64,000 bases of DNA from Octopus vulgaris (Eukaryota), in NCBI GenBank assembly GCA_951406725.2, contig OX597820.1, forward strand, positions 44,082,001-44,146,000, written 5' to 3'. Positions within the stretch are counted from its first letter, which is position 1; the number at the start of each line of letters is the position of its first letter. Shown piece after piece: positions 57,728-64,000 of the stretch. The notes below the pieces were generated by a model. That model ran no database searches. It was not told where the DNA came from and was given only the letters and a program-made list of their open reading frames with translations. The position numbers and the translations under genes are program-made.

Positions 57728-58619
57728 CAGATAGATAGATATGCATCAGCTTAAAGACAAGAATCTACAGAAGATTAAATAAGTATCTGTTTATTTAATT
57801 ATTTATGACGACTGGAGATACACACATACTCACACACAAACACATATATGTACAAGTACATATATAAATATGTATATATAATTGCATTTATATATATATA
57901 TGTATGTGTGTATGTATCTATGCATAGAAAGACAACTTCTCTTCAATGATTTAAATTTAAACATGGAAATTTTATTTTAGTCTAATGCAATTATTGATTG
58001 TTTTATTAATGCATACAGTGAACACCATTTTCTTTTTAGAACATTTAATGTATACATTTTTTGGTTGTTTACTTTTTTTCAATAAAACGTTATATGTGCG
58101 TTAAAGATAGAAATAGATAAAATCTTATGGTAATAATTCTTTGTCGGGTACCTATGTTTGATTATGGTAGTATCTGGGTTTCAGTTATTACAGTTCATTT
58201 TTTGAAAATTTAACTCATGTCCATTGTCCAAAGATCTTTCGTCACACATCTGTGACCTCTTCAGCGACACTTTTCGTTTTCGTGTGTGCTCTTGCTCCAC
58301 TTATTCCCTTCAGTGGATTAAGTGGAGCAAGAGCACACAAGACCCCTTTGAATGAACAGCACATGAAATTAATGACTCCACATTATCCATCTGTAATAAC
58401 AAAATATGAACTCCTACCAGAATTTACATACCATAGACAAGAAGCCTTTTTACCCATTCTACATAGCACTTTCCTTGGATAATGGAATTACAACTGTAAC
58501 ATCCAACATATATTTTAATTTTATTCTCTTTATTCCATCTATACTTCCTGTATCTCTCCCTTTTCAAAATAACTTCTTTTATTGAACTCTACTATTTCCT
58601 TCTATTTAACTCTCATATC

Positions 58620-58667
58620 GGCTCTGATGAAGGGATATCCCTCATATCCCTGAAACAGCTGTAAGAC
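58620..58667 (+). ncRNA. Minimal type-I hammerhead ribozyme motif
   Basis: GGCU-CUGAUGA-AGGGAUAU cccuc AUAUCCCU-GAAA-CAGCUG-UA-AGAC. Canonical core, perfect 8-bp stem II, palindromic stem III; stem I short with one mismatch. Confidence 0.7.
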
Positions 58668-58807
58668 TACCTTTCTTTTTATAAATGTCCTAGAAATTTC
58701 ACTCTGCCTTGGCTTTGTTGTCTCATTTTATTTGATATTTATGTATATCTTTAACTTTCAGATGAATTCTGAAGGGAGAATAATGAGACAAATAATATAT
58801 ATTATAA

Positions 58808-58840
<33 letters not shown>

Positions 58841-58873
58841 ACTGAGAGGCAAAAATTGCGAATAAGCCACTTT

Positions 58874-58951
<78 letters not shown>

Positions 58952-59273
58952 GTATATGTATGTATGTATACATACATACATACATACATACATACATACA
59001 TACATACATACATACATACATACATACATACATACATACATACATACATACATACATACATAGTAATTCTTATAATATATATCATTTGTCCCTTTATTCT
59101 CCCGTCAGAATTCGCTGGCAAGGAAGACGACACAGACAACAATGACAATGATATTTATATGTATACACATATATCCACGCTTGTATGCGTATGTATTCGC
59201 ATTCGTACATAGTAACATCCATGCACATGCACACACATGCATACATACATACATACATACATACATACATACA

Positions 59274-59305
<32 letters not shown>

Positions 59306-59689
59306 CATACACACACATACATACCACACATACATACATGTATACAAAAAGATATCAACCATCTGACTCGCACATTACAAATACAATCTGTAACTGGATC
59401 AGTAAAACTATGCGAGACTTTTCTCGGGTTTAAAATGTAAAAGTGTTTTCGTTATGAACTTTCCAAAGATGGAGTCGTATGTTTGTTTGAAACCAGCACC
59501 TTTTTCAGAAGAATTTAAATGATTAAAAATAGAAGAGAAACATACATACATACATACATACATACATACATACATACATACATACATACATACATTCATA
59601 TATACATACATACATACATACATACATACATACATACATACATACATACATACATACATACATACATACATACATACATACATACATAC

Positions 59690-60979
59690 TATGCAGACTT
59701 TGTGAAGTTAACACCGAAGGTATCACCCATATCATAAGCAGTTGTCCGAAAATGTCATAACGGTATTCTCTACCGATGAGACACGATGTTGCAGCTACGA
59801 CACTCTATAGGGAAATCAGTCGGGAGCATAAGCCCAAGGACAAAGAAATAAGAACCTACGGTATGGTAGGATAAAGAAGGAGTACTGGTGGAATGTCCAA
59901 ATGAAAACCTCAATAAAATCTAAGGACAACAGATTTGATATAAGGATTTGGGATAGAGAAGAGAAACTGTGTACTGTTGTGGAAATTAGCTGCCCAGCGA
60001 TGTTAATATAAAACTGAGGATCAAGGAAAAAGAGAATACCTACGCTGAACTATTGAGAAATCTACAGTTACTCTATCCAGATTACAAGTCCATGTTATAG
60101 CTGTAATTATTGGAGCTCTGTGATGTGTAACGCGCTGCCTAAAAACCAATCTTGAGAAATTAGGCTTCTCAAAACCATAGAGGAGAAAGCTAATTCGAAG
60201 ACTACAGATCTGTTCCATCACTGTATACATGTGCACGTATGTGTCATTATTCAGTTTTATTTCAAGATTTCTTGCCAATAGAGAAAAATCCGGCTTCTAA
60301 GGTGCCTTGTATCTAGGTTAGAAACTGGTCCTTTCTCTATTGGCAAGAAGTCTTGAAATAAAACTGAAAATTGTTATACATACATACATACATGCATGCA
60401 TACATGCATACATACATAAAAACATACATACATACATACATACATACATACATACATACATACATACATACATACATACATACATACATACATACAAACA
60501 CCTATGCTGAACTATTGAGAAATCTGTAGTTACTCTATCCAGATTACAAGTTCAGGTTTATACATGTAATTATTGGGGGCCACGTGATATGTAATACACT
60601 GCCTAAATACCAATCTTGAGAAATTAGGCTTCTCAAAGGCAGAAAGGAGAAAGCTAATTCGAAGACTACAGATCCGAGCCATCACTGGAACTGTAAAAAT
60701 CTGCAAAACTTTCCAGAAGTTTATCATTTAAATATACATGCATGAGAATAGATACAGTAAACATAAAAATCTGCACATGCATATATACATGCATACATAC
60801 ATACATACAAAAATACCCTGTTGTTGATGTTGAAATTCCAATGAAAGGTTAGAAATCGGTTCTTTCTCTATTGGCAAGAAATCTTGAAATAAACTGAATG
60901 ACATACATACATATATACATATATACATACATACATACATACATACATACATACATACATACATACATACATACATACA

Positions 60980-61010
<31 letters not shown>

Positions 61011-61032
61011 CATACATACATACATACATACA

Positions 61033-61063
<31 letters not shown>

Positions 61064-61195
61064 GTACGTACGTACGTACAAACAGAAATACCCTGTTGTT
61101 GATGTTGAAATTCCAATGAAGGAATCTTGGATCTAGGTTAGAAATCGGCTCTTTCTCTGTTGGCAAGAAATCATGAAATAAACTGTATAATGACA
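59690..61195 (+). mobile_element. Cluster of R4/Dong-type LINE 3' ends (CCHC + RLE) in (CATA)n
   Basis: 'CRLCEVNTEGITHIISSCPKMS...RHD', 'YWWNV...NRFDIRIWDREEKLCTVVEISCP'. Copies at 59690-60225, 60498-60900 and 61085-61195; inverted tail pair at 60243-60375. Confidence 0.85.
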
Positions 61196-61255
61196 TACAT
61201 ACATACATACATACATACATACATACATACATACATACATACATACATACATACA

Positions 61256-61289
<34 letters not shown>

Positions 61290-61699
61290 AGGTAGTGAAC
61301 TGGCACAGTTGTTAAAGTTTTTACAAGTGCCTCACAGAGTTTCTTCCTGCTTTCTGCTCCATAATTTCAAATCCAAAGGAGTTGTATTACCTTTTCATTT
61401 TTTCGGGATTGATAAATCAATTATTTGTCCAGTATTTGAATAGGTTAGCTGCATTACGTCGATCTTTACGTTCTGAGTTCAAATTCTGCTGTGGTCTACT
61501 TTTGCCTTTCATCCTTTATGGTTCAGTGAAATAAGAACCAGTTGACCACTGACACTGGGGTCGATGAAATCGTCTTGCCACCTCCCACCAAACTACTGCC
61601 CTTGTGCAAAACGTTAAAGCCATCATTAGAATAGAATTTTGGGTATTTTGCCTAGAGTAGAAAAGAATATTAGAATAGATGTTTCTAGCTCTTTTATCC

Positions 61700-61730
<31 letters not shown>

Positions 61731-61766
61731 TCCCCCCTCCTCGCGTACACACACTGGACGAAATAA

Positions 61767-62060
61767 GGTTCCAATTGATCCGATCAACAGAACAACCTGC
61801 TAGTGAAATTAACGTGCATGTGGCCGAGTACTCCACAGACACGTGTGTCCTTAACGCAGCTCACAGGGAGATCCAGCGTGACACAGAATGTGACAAGGTT
61901 GGCTCTTTGAAATACAGGTACTACTCATTTTTACCAGCTGAGTGGACTGAAGCAACATGAAATAAAGTGTTTTGTTCAAAGATACAACGCATTGCCGAGA
62001 ATTGAACTCACAACCTTACAGTCGTGGGTCGAATACCGTAACCACTAAGTCACACAACTT
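61767..62060 (-). mobile_element. tRNA-derived SINE with a 17-bp TSD
   Basis: TSD cacactggacgaaataa at 61750-61766 and 62061-62077. Minus-strand head gtgacttagtggttacgg ... gagttcaattctc. Confidence 0.85.
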
Positions 62061-62192
62061 CACACTGGACGAAATAATTGAGGCCAATACAAGTACAGAA
62101 ATGGACTCTACCACGTTTAAATGCACAAGACAAATCTGTTTATAGCGTTGGTGCTCCTCAGAAATTATAAGGTGTTGAGTGTCCATGGCAAA

Positions 62193-62228
<36 letters not shown>

Positions 62229-62510
62229 TTTATAGTTTGCAATCCGTTCTCCATCTTTTCACACCCTATCGTTGAATCTCACCCATGCTCAGATATCATT
62301 GTGTTCTAATGTTTGTTCTGTGTATATGTTGTTACATTTAGAATTGTACGTAAAATAAAAGGTAGGTACGTACATACATACATAAATAACTTGATGCATA
62401 CACACATTTATATATATAAAACACAAAAGTATGGTTAACTATACACACACACACTCACAGAGACACACACACATATGCATGTATGTATTATGTATGTATG
62501 TATGTATGTT

Positions 62511-62594
<84 letters not shown>

Positions 62595-62636
62595 CAGAGA
62601 GACAAACAGACAGACAGACAGATATATAGACAGACT

Positions 62637-62676
<40 letters not shown>

Positions 62677-62703
62677 GGCAGGCAGGCAGACAGACAGACA
62701 GAC

Positions 62704-62779
<76 letters not shown>

Positions 62780-63087
62780 CCAGAAAGGGAGACTTTCCAA
62801 CTATAGCAGCTGCCAGACGCCTGCGGCCACCATTTTGTCCGTGCGTTCGCAAGGTTGCTGTTGTGCTGGTGGTGGTTGTGATATGGTGACGCTTCTAGTG
62901 GTGGTGGTGGTGGTGGTGGTGGTGGTTGTTTGGGCGGGGGATTGTTGCTGAAATTGTTTTTCATATCAGCGACTTAACAACCAACTTGCAAACTAGTTTC
63001 CCCAGATTCCATCCTATCGCACTCTCTGGCGACTGTGGGGACAGGCGTTTCCACTACTATCAACACTACCACAAGCGCCACTAACCA

Positions 63088-63090
63088 TGT

Positions 63091-63149
<59 letters not shown>

Positions 63150-63222
63150 CAGCAGCAGTAGTAGTAGTAGTAGTAGTAGTAGTAGCAGCAGCAGCAGTAG
63201 TAGTAGTAGTAGTAGTAGTAGT

Positions 63223-63254
<32 letters not shown>

Positions 63255-63363
63255 CAGCAGCAGTAGTTGTAGTAGTAGCATCAGCAGTAGTTGTAGTAGT
63301 AGCAGCAGCAGTAGTAGTAGCAGCAGCAGCAGTAGTAGTAGCAGTAGTAGTAGTAGCAGTAGC

Positions 63364-63394
<31 letters not shown>

Positions 63395-63435
63395 TCAGCA
63401 GTAGTAGTAGTAGCAGCAGCAGCAGCAGCAGTAGC

Positions 63436-63470
<35 letters not shown>

Positions 63471-63480
63471 CAGCAGCAGC

Positions 63481-63532
<52 letters not shown>

Positions 63533-63585
63533 AGGCAGCGGCAGCAGGGCAGCAGCTGCAGTAGTAGTTGTAGTAGTAGTAGTAA
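63088..63585. repeat. Compound (GCA)n/(GTA)n trinucleotide repeat
   Basis: Visible interleaved runs. The Ala/Val ORF here is an artefact of the repeat. Confidence 0.9.
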
Positions 63586-64000
63586 TAGGAATAGGAGGAG
63601 GAGACAACGGTCGTTAGGATGGAAGAGGTAGGTAGGTAGGTAGGTAGAGAGAGTGAGTGGTAGTCAATAGCGTAGGCGTAGAGTGAATTTGGAGAGGCTG
63701 GCTGCCTGGGTGTTAAATGTCTGCATTATCTCAAAACCGTCCGAAGACACGTCCAGATGATTGTCCTACCAACGGCTAATTCACGCCATCAATATAAATC
63801 AGTTGACTCCTAAATAGAAAAGATATGTCGCTTAGCTGTTTATTAACTGTCGCTGAGGGGCTACATCTGGCATGTATCATCATCAGCAACACGAACGGCA
63901 ACGGCAACGACAACGGCAACGGCAATAGCAGTGATAGAGAGGTGGTGGTGATGGTGGTGGTGGTGGTGGTGGTGGTGGTGGAATGGTGGAGGTGGTGTGG

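Overview
AT-rich, microsatellite-saturated eukaryotic non-coding DNA. The repeat complement resembles an octopod cephalopod (inferred from SINE/LINE families, not from a database search). No host protein-coding gene can be supported. The only long ORF (17313-19250) is a 5'-truncated but unbroken CR1-group LINE reverse transcriptase. The rest is tRNA-derived SINEs, CR1, R4/Dong (RLE) and RTE LINE fragments, Tc1/mariner relics (mariner-type, DD37D and probable DD41D), a solo LTR, a Helentron-type non-autonomous element, MITEs and a ~51-bp minisatellite. The most notable unannotated signal is a set of about ten minimal type-I hammerhead-ribozyme motifs (CUGANGA / stem II / GAAA / palindromic stem III / UH), ranging from near-canonical to decayed. 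Several sit in tandem or inverted repeat units. The clearest is a retrozyme/Penelope-like locus at ~35.3-36.5 kb with a ~342-nt monomer between ribozyme cleavage sites. Other points: SINE tails shared with partner LINEs, LINEs that appear to target microsatellites, a transposon with a splice acceptor, a templated insertion, and two structures that may be assembly artefacts.
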